Shown piece by piece: positions 1 through 11,781 of a stretch of DNA of 64,000 nt. The translations under genes and the position numbers were made by a program. This DNA comes from Diadema antillarum (Eukaryota), in contig NW_027271086.1 of the NCBI RefSeq assembly GCF_040938485.1, forward strand, positions 868,001-932,000. The letters run 5' to 3'. Position 1 is the first letter of the stretch, and each line of letters begins with the position of its first letter. The notes beneath the pieces were generated by a model. That model searched no databases and was not told the origin of the DNA. It was given only the letters and a program-made list of their open reading frames with translations.

Positions 1-512
1 CAATCACCCGATTTCCAAATACCTCAGCCAATCTGTTTCTTACTGCAACTAGTCGATGGGCTGGTCGCGCCATCCTGTGCCCACCATAGGCGGCTGAACA
101 CACCCTTTTATTGCACAGGAAAATTTTCCATTAATTCAGGAATCTAATGTTCATTTAAAATTTGTAAGTATCCATTTCCGTTCATGCTGTTTTCAAAGAA
201 GAAGGGCCCTAGGAGCAAACCGTTTCCACAAAGCCCAGTCCGGACATTCAGCTTTCCAAAAGAAAAAAAAAAAGGAAAATTGAAAAGGATTTATGCTGGT
301 CTTACTAACTGAAACTTGGTCCAAAGTCCAATTTGACCCATTGTGCAAAAAGAATGATTACTTAGCCATACATGACCGTGTAAGAATAAATAAGATATCA
401 TTGGAAAGAGGAGATATGTGACTTTAAGATGTTGCTACTCACTTTGGTGTAAAGTTAACACAATATTCATAAATTTGAAATTAAATCTTGTTACGTTTTT
501 TTATACGCACTG
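1..512 (-). mobile_element. Right-hand part of an internally deleted Tc1/mariner element (paralog of 20293-21364), cut by the window start
   Basis: Near-identical to 20859-21364. Ends ...ttatacgcactg|TA at 512-514. Minus strand reads WWAQDGA-PAHRLVAVRNRLAEVFGNRVI, a transposase catalytic-region remnant. Confidence 0.85.
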
Positions 513-793
513 TATAGTCGTATCATTTAGAGCACTGATATCGCAAAAATATATATATATAGCAAATGACTTTGTTTTTGCATTTTGAATGGTCAATCGT
601 CCATACAAATATTTTAACTATTCTTATGAATATCCATGTGTGCATCCACCGGCACATGTGTATCCCATTATTACATGTGACCTTTATTCATACAGTATTC
701 TCTTCACTTAGAATATCCCTCCAAAATATATATATATACATTCCAATAAGCTGCTATACAAATCAAAGTGGAGTCTATTTTGAGTGCAGAAAG

Positions 794-2596
794 CTATCTC
801 ACCACTCTCAAATTCTTGGAGATAGAAGCGATGTATTTTTTCTGATTTTTGTAGTTTGAAATCAATGATGAGATTGCACACGTGCTCAAAATCTCTCGTG
901 TATCGATCGATACTGACGAGACCGACTCATCCTTCAACCAGGCTGCAATGATCGAATCATCTTGACAAACAGCTGGCCAGGAAGACATACCCTCCTTCTT
1001 CAAGACATGCTCCTTCTTCCCAGTACCATCAAAGCACATGAGAGCTGATGAATCTGTCAGTATCAGGCCTCCCGTGGTGTGAAAGGAGAATAAATGCAGA
1101 GGCGTATATCCATCAAATATTCTTTCCCTGACAGCCTTACCGCCATGTGGGGTAAACACCTGGATCTTCTTGGGTTTCGTGTAACCCATGTAAATATTGT
1201 CGTCTCTATCCACAGTGAGACCACCATAGCATCCGTCATCGAAACTCATCGTCTCGAACGTAACGTCGAGCTTCTTCCACTCTGAAGTGTAGAGAGACAT
1301 CCAGTTGTTTATATCACGTACAACACTTCGACCATCGGAAAGAAATCCAATTTTAATGACACAGACACCCTTTAGTTTCGCCTTCTGTAACTCTCCATCA
1401 GGGGAGTACACACAGATTCCGTCGAAACAGGATCCCACCGCCATCTTACCGTCTGGTGCACGGGTCATACAGGTCCTAATGGTTTTGCTAGGGAGCTCTA
1501 CATCTGCTTTTACATCCCAAGTATAACCTTTCAGCTCTCCAAGACAAAGTTCACTGACTTTCAAGTGTTTACTAAACGAAATCTTTTGAGCTCGTTCTGT
1601 CACACCTTTCGGTGATTGGCCGTCAGGATCATCTCGTCCAAGGAAGCTCTTTAAGTTCTCACACAGCGTGTCGTGTGCAAACAGGGCGTCTTTCTCCAGC
1701 GGTACCTTAACGCCGTTACTTACAAGCTCCTCCATAGCGTTCATATGTCGAATTGTTTGGCGACTCTCTTCTTCCATGACTTGTAATTCCTTCTCGAACT
1801 TTTCTGACCAACTTTTTGCTTGCCGTTTCAGCGCTTCTCTTCTGGCTGACAATAGCTGCATGTATTCGTCGTACGTCTTGTCGATGTCATCATTGAGCTT
1901 TCCCAACATGTTTGCTATTTTACTGCGCTGTATCTCTATGAAATGGATATGATTTTCAATATTTGTTTTCTTTGATTTTGCCCATTCTTTTAACTGCTTG
2001 ATGTTTTTCATCAATTTCTCCTCATGGATAGCTGCCTCTTCGATCTGATGCCCTGCTTGTAAATGCCCTAACATACCGCATCTTAAGCAGACGTACTCCC
2101 GACACCCGGTACAGAAACACACCTCATCATCGTTAGGATGTTTCTTACATTTCCGTCTCCTTTTAAGAGGAACTTTTCCCGAGAGCACCTCGCTCATGGG
2201 CACCTTTTCGTGGTTAGAGAACGGTTTCCAAGAAGAGTGTACTGTCTCACACGATTTGCACATATATTTGCCACAGTCTTGACAGTAGGACACAGCGGGC
2301 GGCTTTTCGTCCATCTCACAAGCTGTGCATGTTGGACTCTTGATTTTCACTTCATCTACCATAGAACTTACGGGTACGTTTGTCTGTAACTTACTCACAT
2401 CTCCACTGGGCAGGGGCGTTTCTTTCCTGCAAATAGGGCATGTTATAGTTTGTTTGGCGGGATGAGCTCGATAGATACGTTGCAGACAGTCTTTGCAGAA
2501 GATATGAGAACACGTCAGTGATCTAGGTTGGTTGAAAAGTGTCAAACAGATAGGACACTCCAAATTCTGACTGCTGACTTGATGAAACGTGGCCAT
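794..2596 (-). pseudogene. TRIM E3 ligase, type A copy 1 (RING-Bbox1-Bbox2-coiled coil-NHL-like propeller), with a frameshift near 925 replacing the last ~43 codons
   Basis: C3HC4 RING (CPIC...CSHIFCKDC...CPIC), two B-boxes, heptad region and propeller repeats. Versus copy 3, accgtcctcatcc is accgactcatcc (net -1 bp). ATG in ACCATGG context at 2596, preceded by a pyrimidine tract and CAG. Confidence 0.85.
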
Positions 2597-3212
2597 GGTG
2601 TCTCTCTGTGACTGAAGCAGAAGAAAAACATAACGGTTAACCCATCAACAAGTGACCTACGTAATAGCTGCATACATGAAAATAACATTTACCAAGTAAA
2701 AGATTAAAAGTTCATGCCAAATATTTTGTGAAAATTTATATATTTTAATATTCTAATATTCGAACGAACTAATAAACCACAATTAAGCAGAATTGTGTGA
2801 ATTTAATTTTTCATGTAAAGTTATGAAAAGGAACTGATTGATCAGGTCACCCTTAAAAAGGGAAGTACTAGAAAGAAGTCTGGCCTGTGCCAAGTTCTAC
2901 TCATGTCTCCTAATCTCCCTACCTCTTATCTCTTTTCAACAATGTGTGATGAAATCGCTATAAACGTGAATATAATTTCCCTCCGAGACAATGATTGAAA
3001 CAGCATTATCATATAAACAGGCTATGTTATACACTGCAGCTTACCTCTATTGGTAAACATGATAGCCAAACCAGCAAAATCATAGCAGAAACATAAACCA
3101 GAGAAAAATGGAGAATCAAATACAAGTACAGTATTTTTATAGGAATCTTTCATTATAGGCACAATTAACATGCATGTGTGGATATAGTTTCCTGTTCACT
3201 GCTATCGCTTAC

Positions 3213-3540
3213 CAAGTGTGCTGTTGTGCTTCCGGGTTCAATATTGCTGATTTCTGCCTGGCTCCAAAGTACATCCAGGAATGGTTTCACAGTCTCTATT
3301 TCTGTTCAGCCAGTAGTAGGAAGGTGCGAACACCTATTAGACTGAACGTAGTCTAATTTTTAAGATCCCAACATAAACTATCAAGAGTTTGTTTACAGAC
3401 AGATACACTATGTAGCCCTATCAAAATGGCCGGGCGATCCATGAATGTACACGTATATCAGGCGAATGTCTGTATTCTTCGTGACCTTTTGACTTTGACA
3501 CATTTTTTGTAGTTCTGTAGAAGCGGGTTTTCCCCACATC
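3213..3540 (-). promoter_or_regulatory. Putative non-coding exon 1 and proximal promoter of TRIM copy 1
   Basis: Minus-strand donor G|GTAAGC at 3212, conserved in all four copies. CCGGAAG in the exon, TGTTTAC at ~3390, CAAAATGGCC at 3422-3431, TGACCT-tt-TGACTT at 3482-3495, GGGTTTTCCCC at 3525-3535. Confidence 0.55.
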
Positions 3541-4383
3541 TTGTGTCTACATGAATATCACAGCGTAAAATGAAATTAAGCCGCGTACAGCGAGTTGTTC
3601 GTGCAACATTGAGCTCAGATGATAATTATTCTCTCTCAAAAAATGATATCAACAAAAGTATAATGTTTTCATGTTAATGGGGCACTTCAACGATAGTCTG
3701 AGGGAAATTTTAGATGACTAGGTCAATATTTCTTAAATGGTGTCAGTTTTCTTGTACAGTAAGAGTAAAGTTTGTTTGCTGTTATAGAATTATCACAAGA
3801 ATGGTGATGCTATGGAGAAAACTAAACCTTATTATTTGTTTATACACATATAATTGTGTCATTTCACTCAATATCGTATATGGTGTGAACGGGGACATTA
3901 ACGTTCTGTGTGACGGGGGATGCGGGGGACGATTATATAGTGGAGAATAATACATTGGACATGTCTCAAGATACGCCTAGTTCATGCATCATTGCAAGCA
4001 GATAAAAGTATATTTGAGATCGAGCCGTGTTAACGAGTAGTGGGTGAAAATGAAGAGGTAAACCTGATTGAGACCTATATACTCTATGATATATTTCGCC
4101 CTCTTCGTATATCCAAATTGAGACAATGTCAAATGAAATCCTCTGAACCTTTTTACAAACTTTCCGGATATCTTAACTTTAACTTACCTTTATGGTCCAG
4201 AGTACATTTTAGATATCCCTGCAATTATTTCTGTCCAATACAATTTACCAGGTACATTGTATATACATCTCCCTAGAAGAATATATGTATCTAATTTAGC
4301 CAGTAGCAGCTGTGTTTTGAGGTTCATACATATGTGGTCATTTATGCGTAACGAAAATGAATAAGAAATCAAATGAGCTCATT

Positions 4384-4687
4384 GGCCCGAATTCGCGAAG
4401 GTGGTACAAATGAAACCATGGTTAAACCATGGACAAAAACCATGGAGCACGTGTGTCGCACGGAATATTTCGTCGACAAAATTACCATTTCGTTAAAGAA
4501 TTTTTTATTTCGTGGACGAAATGATCATTTAGTTACAAAATGTTGTCATTTCGTTATAAAATAATCATTTCATCTCCGAAATGACTGATTTCGTAACGAA
4601 ATATTCCATGCGACACTTGGCGCTCCATGGTTTTTTTTAATGGTTTAAACCATAGTTTCATTTGTACTACCTCCGTGAATTCGGGCC
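4384..4687. mobile_element. ~304 bp palindromic MITE with GGCCCGAATTC termini and internal ~20 bp subrepeats
   Basis: Long imperfect TIRs (ggcccgaattcgcgaaggtggtacaaatgaaac... / ...gtttcatttgtactacctccgtgaattcgggcc). Absent from the homologous spacer near 14990. No clear TSD. Confidence 0.75.
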
Positions 4688-4952
4688 TCGTGTACTGTTT
4701 TGTGTGAACGTGTGTATGCATAAGCCTGTGAGAAAGAGTGAGAAAAGAGCGAAAGGATGTGTGTATGATTGACAGTAATTACAACCCCGGTGTAGTAATT
4801 GATAGCTACCGGCATCATAATCAAATCCTCTCATTCATTTATCCAACTTCTTCTCTTTAAATCAAAGTGGTCTGACCTTTTTTTTTTTAACAAGACAGGT
4901 TCCACAATGTGTTTTTTTTTCTTTGCGATGAAATAAATAAAAAAAAAAACAG

Positions 4953-5118
4953 GGGCCCGTTGCATAAAACTTACTATTGAATTTCAATGGTAACTACCGT
5001 CAAAATTAGGCATCACAGCCAATCAGCATCAAGGATTGTAAAATTTACCGCTAATTTGAAGACTTACCGCTAGAAAGGAGCGGTAAGTCCAGCGGTAAGG
5101 GTTTTATGCAACAGGGCC
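4953..5118. mobile_element. 166 bp PIF/Harbinger-like MITE
   Basis: 18 bp TIRs (gggcccgttgcataaaac / gttttatgcaacagggcc). CAG 3-bp TSD at 4950-4952 and 5119-5121. Empty site in the homologous spacer near 15270. Confidence 0.8.
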
Positions 5119-5952
5119 CAGAAATGACACCCATTAGTAACGACGTTGCTGTTGAAATGAAGACTTGGTAATAAGTGCGACATACTTGGATTTCTTGTTG
5201 AAAATTTGTCCCAACGAGACATCCATTATGTCTATATTTATCTCCTGCCATGGACGTAACATGCCATTTACAAAAACTAAGCAAATTTTCCACTTAGATT
5301 ATCTATAATAACTGATATTATTCTTTGCAAATAAAAATCACCGGCAATCAATCATTATCATGATTCCAGTTATCCTTCCTACTTACTGAATTTCCATTAT
5401 TATGTCAAAGAGAATAACTAAAAAACGTACTGAGTACAATACAATCATAAAAGTGGGCTTGAATAGACCAATCTCCCACCAACCGTCACACGAAACTCGA
5501 TCCCCTCAAGAGTCTCTACCTCCTTATGCGGTCCAGGGCGTGTCAAAACGTGAACCAAGATGCATCACAAAGACATTTGTATCTAAGCCGGCCATACATC
5601 CTCAGATGGAGGAGAATCGTCAAACTTCTCTGTAATAATGTTCAAGAAATCGTATAGCCATTACAATGATTGCCGTTTATAAGGAATGATTTGTATGAAG
5701 AATAAAAGGGGGAAATAAGTTCTTTAGAAATTCTTCTCTGATCCCGGTTGCATGATGACTTAGCTTTAAAGAGTGCAAAGACTTCCAGCACACATCAAAA
5801 AGCAACGCAGGGAAGAAGAAAGCTGTCAAATGATTGCAGGCATTAAACAATGATAAACACGCAAATTATAATATGCAGAAGAACCAAAGAGGAGTCTAAA
5901 ATGACCGATACTTCAAGTTATTTAAGTATACATGCTTATAATATGATTAGAT

Positions 5953-6099
5953 NNNNNNNNNNNNNNNNNNNNNNNNNNNNNNNNNNNNNNNNNNNNNNNN
6001 NNNNNNNNNNNNNNNNNNNNNNNNNNNNNNNNNNNNNNNNNNNNNNNNNNNNNNNNNNNNNNNNNNNNNNNNNNNNNNNNNNNNNNNNNNNNNNNNNNN
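5953..6099. other. Assembly gap (N run)
   Basis: Run of n. The paralogous interval is about 27270-27360. Confidence 0.98.
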
Positions 6100-6739
6100 A
6101 CATTATAATAGTAGATTATGCATGGAGCTAAACTATTCCATGGTATTTTAAGCAACCCCTGTAGATGGATGAACAGAATTCTACAAAGATTGAACTTCTG
6201 GTTACTAAGTATACAAACAAAGAAATAAACAAGAATATAGATGCGCTGCAAATGTAGATCATGTCATCATTGATTTCAATGGAAATACAGTACCGGTACA
6301 CAGAAGTTCTCGCTTTACCAATTTGTAGTGGCCGATACGCTAATATCATCAGCAAAGCGTGTAGTACAGGATTATACAAAAATGCCTATAAATTATGATT
6401 TTGAACAAAGCGCATTTTAACGTGTTGTGAATGACTATACAATATCATATTGTGTGCAACATAAAAGGATGATGACATCACACAGATATTTTCAAAAATA
6501 TTGAGATACATTCACATTTTTACGTTTTACATATGATAAAGATACAATGTTTGAAGTCATTTACATTTTTCACGCTATGTCTACTGAGTGAATGGCTGAA
6601 ATTGGTGTTGGAGTCCTACAAGGCCGATTTGATTATTCAATCATGTTCAGCAATCAAACATATTTGGATTCTCTGCTAGGAATATCTATAACATGGTATT
6701 TCAGTGAACTTTAATTCTCTTAGTGTTGTTTATAATACC

Positions 6740-6975
6740 TTATCAAGTGAAAAACTTAGTTTATCAAGCAAAACTAGGTTTATCGAAAAACTCTGTTTAT
6801 CGAGCGAAAAACTCAGTTTATCAAGTGAAAAACTCTGTTTGTCGTGATAAACTTAGTTTTTTCACTCGATAAGCAGAGTTTCCCTCGAAAAACTGAGTTT
6901 ATCGACTGATAAACAATGGGGTTTTTTCGGCTATAAACTGAGTTTATCGGTCGAGAAACTCAGTTCATCGGAATT
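6740..6975. mobile_element. Foldback/MITE-like element built of TTATC...AAAACTCAGT subrepeats in both orientations (shorter paralog ~28009-28175)
   Basis: Degenerate 17-21 bp subrepeats, inverted in the right half. Absent at the homologous position near 18085. Confidence 0.6.
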
Positions 6976-8064
6976 ATTGGGCATATAGCGCACCATATAC
7001 ACACCTCACTATACGTGCTATACCAGAGACTCAGTACCGTAAACACCGGACCTCCTTTGCAACAAATTGGATGACGTCAGTGGTTTAACACGCCACTTTT
7101 TTACTCCAAATTTACCACGGTGAGAAGAATTTACACCCATTAAAAAGAAAGGAACATAAAAATTAATACGAGTCTGAAAATACAGATGACCGAGGGAGAG
7201 AGTGAGAGACAGACAGACAGACAGACAGACGGACAGACACCACAGGGAAAGAGGTATAAATGTTACTCGTGTATTAAACGCGCTCGTGAGCTATAGATTA
7301 CGAACTGGCTTATGTGATGGACGCCTTCCAAGTCATGTCGTGTCGCCTCTGTGATGTACATTTTATAATTCGTATCTATAAGTCATCACGGCATAGTAAC
7401 GCATAAATCATGCATCATAAATCGATAAACAAAAGGAAGTACCATATCTAATCGCTGTTTCAATATTAAAAAAAAATTAATGATAACATTTAAAATATAT
7501 GTATATGGATCATCACTATTGGTATTGTCAATCAGTGATATATGAGATGAGTTTTGTATGTGGAAAATAAAACCATACACTTAAGATAGGATCAGTTACC
7601 CATTTCAGGAGGAAGGTATGCGCGTCATTACAGTGATTCCTTCATTGGTACCTGTAATGAATATAAGCTATTTCATTTATTCATTCATTCATTCATTCAT
7701 TTTCCATTTCCTGCAGAAATACATAAATATCTTACAGAAGTTGAATGCATAAATTGCATCACAATGTATAATAAAAGAAGTGAATAAGTTTGCAAAATAT
7801 TGAAATCGAAAATTGAATATTAGCTTTTAATGGCTTTCAGCTGATTTTTCCCCAAAATAATGTCATATCATTGAGAGCACTGATATCGCAAATCAATTGT
7901 TTCGAATGACTTTGTTTTACTTTTTGAATGATCTGTCGCCCAAAGAATATTTCATAAGTGTATAGGAATATACATATGTGTAGGCACCGCACACGTGTAT
8001 CCCATTATTGCATGTAAATTCCATTTATCTTGTTTCCCTGTTCACTTAGCTCAAGTTGTTATAT

Positions 8065-8334
8065 ATCATTTCCAACAAATTGAGATTACAATGTAACAAT
8101 GAACATAATAACATGTAATAAACACATAGTTTTTGGTCAACAGAGATAGAAATAAATGCTATATCTTTCTGGAAAACTCCGAAACAAAGTTGTTGGGAAT
8201 GGAGGGGACTGCTAAAAAGCAGAGCTTGTAGTATGCAGTCCCCTCATTAAAAAAAAGAAAGTACAAAGCCTAAAAACGGACTTGGCAATTTACCTTACAG
8301 ATAAAATAAAAGACTGAGTAATACACACATATAT

Positions 8335-8368
<34 letters not shown>

Positions 8369-9860
8369 GCACATTAACAATCACCAGGCAGCTCTCTAAT
8401 GTTGTAAAGGAAGAAAAAATAATAATCAAATAAAAATATTAGTGAAGAAGGTATAGCTTCAAGATACTGAAGTGGACAAGAAAAGGGAGAAGGGAAAGAG
8501 GTGGTGGGTCATAACCAGGGCACGTGAGGCACAGAAGCTTCGGCTCGCTGAGAGAGTTATAAGATTATAGACAGCATCAACAATTTTGAAAGTCAAAACT
8601 GACAAGAGAATGTATTGAGTTGTGTAAAAATTTCGTTAAAAGTTCTTTACCTTTGAAGAAAAAGGATTAAATCTTACGGCTTCTATTATACTATTATCAA
8701 GAGAATTTCAGAATTTTGTTCCAGAAGAAGAAAATAAAGATTTTGCAAGAACCGTCCTGGTCAAAGGCAAATGATATTCTTGGGATTGGCGAGTCGGATA
8801 TGCATGAACAGTTTCGGGTTTTTTATAAGCATGGAATGAAATACAAAGGGGAAAGAATGACTGGTGAGTTTGTTCACTAATTGTTATAGTTGCAAACGGT
8901 ATAAATCATGGGTTTACAAAATATCATTTTCATGAAATAAATCATCAGCATGACTTCTCCGAGATTCGTTACAAATGTTAAGAAGAGGTTTTTTTTCTGC
9001 AATAATAATTTTCTTTCTATAAGTAGAAAATGTGTTTCCTCATGCGAGTATCCCATAATTTAAGTAAGGTAGTAACAACGTAGGGTAAAACATCAAAGGA
9101 TTTTTTTTTTGTAGAGAAAAAATCTAATTTTGTTTATGACGCCTATATTCCTGAGAAAAAAATGCGACATATAGAATCAATGTGTAAATTAAAGGTGAGG
9201 TTGTTGTCAAGAATCAAACCAAGAAATTTAATAGAAGACACTTCTTCTATGGTCGTGTCTTCAAGGGAGATATTTCTCGGTAAATTTTCCAGGCAATACT
9301 GAAAAATATAAAACTATATTTGTTGCTTTTTTGTGGGTAGACGGACAGTTTGTTTGCTGTAATCCGTTGCAGTAATTTCATTTATTCAATATTTCAAGTA
9401 TCAATTAATCTCTCAGGATCAGAATCATATATAAACACACGATAATTCATGAAGAAGTACGTTTTGGTCGATAGTATCAAAGGGCTTGGAGAGGTCCAGG
9501 AAGACACCAATATCAAAATGAAATTTATCAATAGCTTTTGAGACTTTATCAAGAAGGTAAAGATTGCATGAGATGTGCTATGTTTTTGCCGAAAACCAAA
9601 TTGATAATCAGAAATAATTTTGTATCTAAAAACTTCAAAATTTCGAGACAGAAGTTAGCAAAGATATTGGTCTATAGTTGGAAACATCTTCCCGTTCACC
9701 CGTTTTTTGAGGACAGGAATTACGTTGGAAACTTTCGTAACCTCAGGGACAACACCATTACTTATGGACAAATTAAAGACAGGCACAAGTGGATCGACAA
9801 TATAATCTATAGTACTTTTTAAAAGAACATTCAATAGAGTCATGCCCAGCACTTTAGATT
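8065..9860 (-). mobile_element. Old, 5'-truncated, decayed CR1/L2-group LINE (RT domain to 3' UTR) in the 3' flank of TRIM copy 2
   Basis: Minus-strand remnants IVDPLVPVFNLSISNGVVPEVTKVSNVIPVLKK, NYRPISLL, IGVFLDLSKPFDTID, IKFLGLILDNNLTF and HAYPTRQSQEYHL, with many stops and frameshifts. 3' hairpin at 8202-8245. Confidence 0.85.
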
Positions 9861-9933
9861 ATTCCACCAAAGAATCCACTTTTTTCTGCTTTGTTGCTGC
9901 AAAACACAATAATGTCGAGTATGACAGATCACA

Positions 9934-11781
9934 TTAAATTGCATCAAATATGTAGAATCTATCTGTAGTGGAGAAAGCTATCTCACCACTCTCGAACTCT
10001 TGGAGATAGTACCAAACTCTTTCTGGTCTTTGTATTTTGAAATCAGTGATGAGATTGCACACATGGTTCAAATCTCTCGTGTATCGATCGATACTTACGA
10101 GACCTTTCTCGTGCTTCACCCAGGCTATGATGACCGAATCATCTCGACAAACGAGCTGACCAGGCAAACATGCCCTCCTTCTTTAAGACATTCTCCGTCT
10201 TTCCCGTACCATCAAGACACAAGACAGTTGTTGCATCTGTCAGTATCAGGCTCTCTATTGTATGAAAAAAGAATAATTGCCTAGGCGTATATCCATTACA
10301 TGTTATTTCCCTGACTGCCTTACCACCTTGTGGGGTAAACACCTGGATTTTCATGGGTTTTCTGTAACCCACGTAGATATCATCGTTTCTATCCACAGTG
10401 AGACCACCAAAACCTCCTTCATCGAAGCTCATCGTCTCGAACGTGATATTGAACTTTTCCCACTGTGGAGAGTGTATAGGGACATCCTGTTTTTTGTATC
10501 ATAAACAACACTTCGGCCATCGGACAAAAATCCAATTTTACTGACACTGACGTCCTCCAACTCCGTCTGCTGTAAATCTCCATCAGGGGAGTAGAGATAG
10601 ATTCCGCAGAAACGGGATCCCACCGCCATCTTACCGTCTGGTGCAAGAGTGATGCAATTCATGCTGTCTTTGCCGGGGAGCTCTACGTCTGCTTTGACAT
10701 CCCACGTGTAACCTTTCAGTTCTCCAAGTCGAAGTTCCTTGACCTTCACCTGTTTGCGAAATGAAATTTTCTGAGCTTGTTCTGCCACACCTCTCGGTGA
10801 TTGGTCGTCTGGATCATCTCGTCCAAGAATGCTTTCCAAATTCTCACACAGCGTGTCGTGTGCCAACAAGGCGTCTTTCTCTAGTGGTACCTTCACGCCA
10901 TTACTCACCAGCTCTTCCATAGCGTTCATATGACGAATTGTTTGGCGACTATCTTCCTCCATGACTTGTAATTTCTTCTCGAACTTTTCAGACCAACTTT
11001 GTACTTGGCATTTCAGGGCTTCTCTTCTGGCTGACAACTGCTGTATGTATTCGTCGTACGTCTCGTCGATGTCATCATTGAGCTTTTTCAGCCTGTTTGC
11101 TATTTCACTGCGCTGTGTCTCTATGAAATGGATATGATTTTCAATATTTGTTTTCTTTGATTTTGCCCTTTCTTGTAACTCCCTGATGTTATTCATTAAT
11201 TTCTCCTCATGGATAGCTGCCTCTTCGATCTGATGCCCTGCCTGTAAGTGTCCTAGCATCCCGCATCTTAAGCAGACGTATTCCCGACATCCGGTACAGA
11301 AACACTCCTCATCGTCGTTAGGATGTGTCTTACATTTCCGTCTCCTTTTAAGTGGAACTTTTCCCGAGAGCACCTCGCTCATGGGCACCTTTTTGTGGTT
11401 GGAGAACGGTTTCCAAGAAGAGTGGTCTGTCTCACACGATTTGCACATATACTTCCCACAGTCCTGACAGTAGGACACAGCGGGCGGCTTTTCGTCCATC
11501 TCACAAGTTGTGCATGTTGGACTCTTGGTTTTCACTTCGTCCACCATAGAACTCAGGGGTACGTTTGTCTGTAGCTTACTCACATCTCCACTGGGTAGAG
11601 GCGTTTCTTTCCTGCATATAGGGCATGTTATAGTTTGTTTGGCGGGCTGAGCTTGAAAGATACGTTGCAGACAGTCTTTGCAGAAGATGTGAGAACACGT
11701 CAGTGATCTAGGTTGGTTGAAAAGTGTCAGACAGATGAGACACTCCAAATTCTGACTGCTGATTTGATGAAACGTTGCCAT
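9934..11781 (-). pseudogene. TRIM E3 ligase, type B copy 2, disrupted by +2 bp (~10473) and +1 bp (10155) insertions; premature stop at 10429-10431
   Basis: Three overlapping ORFs (10429-11805, 10139-10432, 9934-10167) reconstruct the 614 aa copy-4 protein. Versus copy 4, gagagtgtatagg replaces gagagtatagg and acgagctgac replaces acgactgac. Confidence 0.87.

Larger units (their letters stand above)
1..11781. repeat. Left unit of a recent ~20.9 kb tandem segmental duplication (matches 20859-35922)
   Basis: Line-by-line comparison shows near identity with offset 20855 at the TRIM-A genes and about 21200 near the LINE site. Differences are SNPs, small indels and unit-specific insertions. Confidence 0.92.

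Noticed and set aside
1094-2389. Plus-strand 60-100 aa ORFs overlapping the TRIM genes (repeated in every copy)
   Set aside because: Antisense shadows of coding sequence. Their recurrence is due to gene duplication only.
5850-6251. ORFs containing X runs (also 47251-47793 and 54751-55005)
   Set aside because: Artefacts of reading through N gaps.
6740-6975. CRISPR-like repeat array (also 41860-42248, 45110-45532 and 4480-4600)
   Set aside because: The repeats are degenerate, abut without unique spacers and invert at the midpoint. No cas genes; eukaryotic context.
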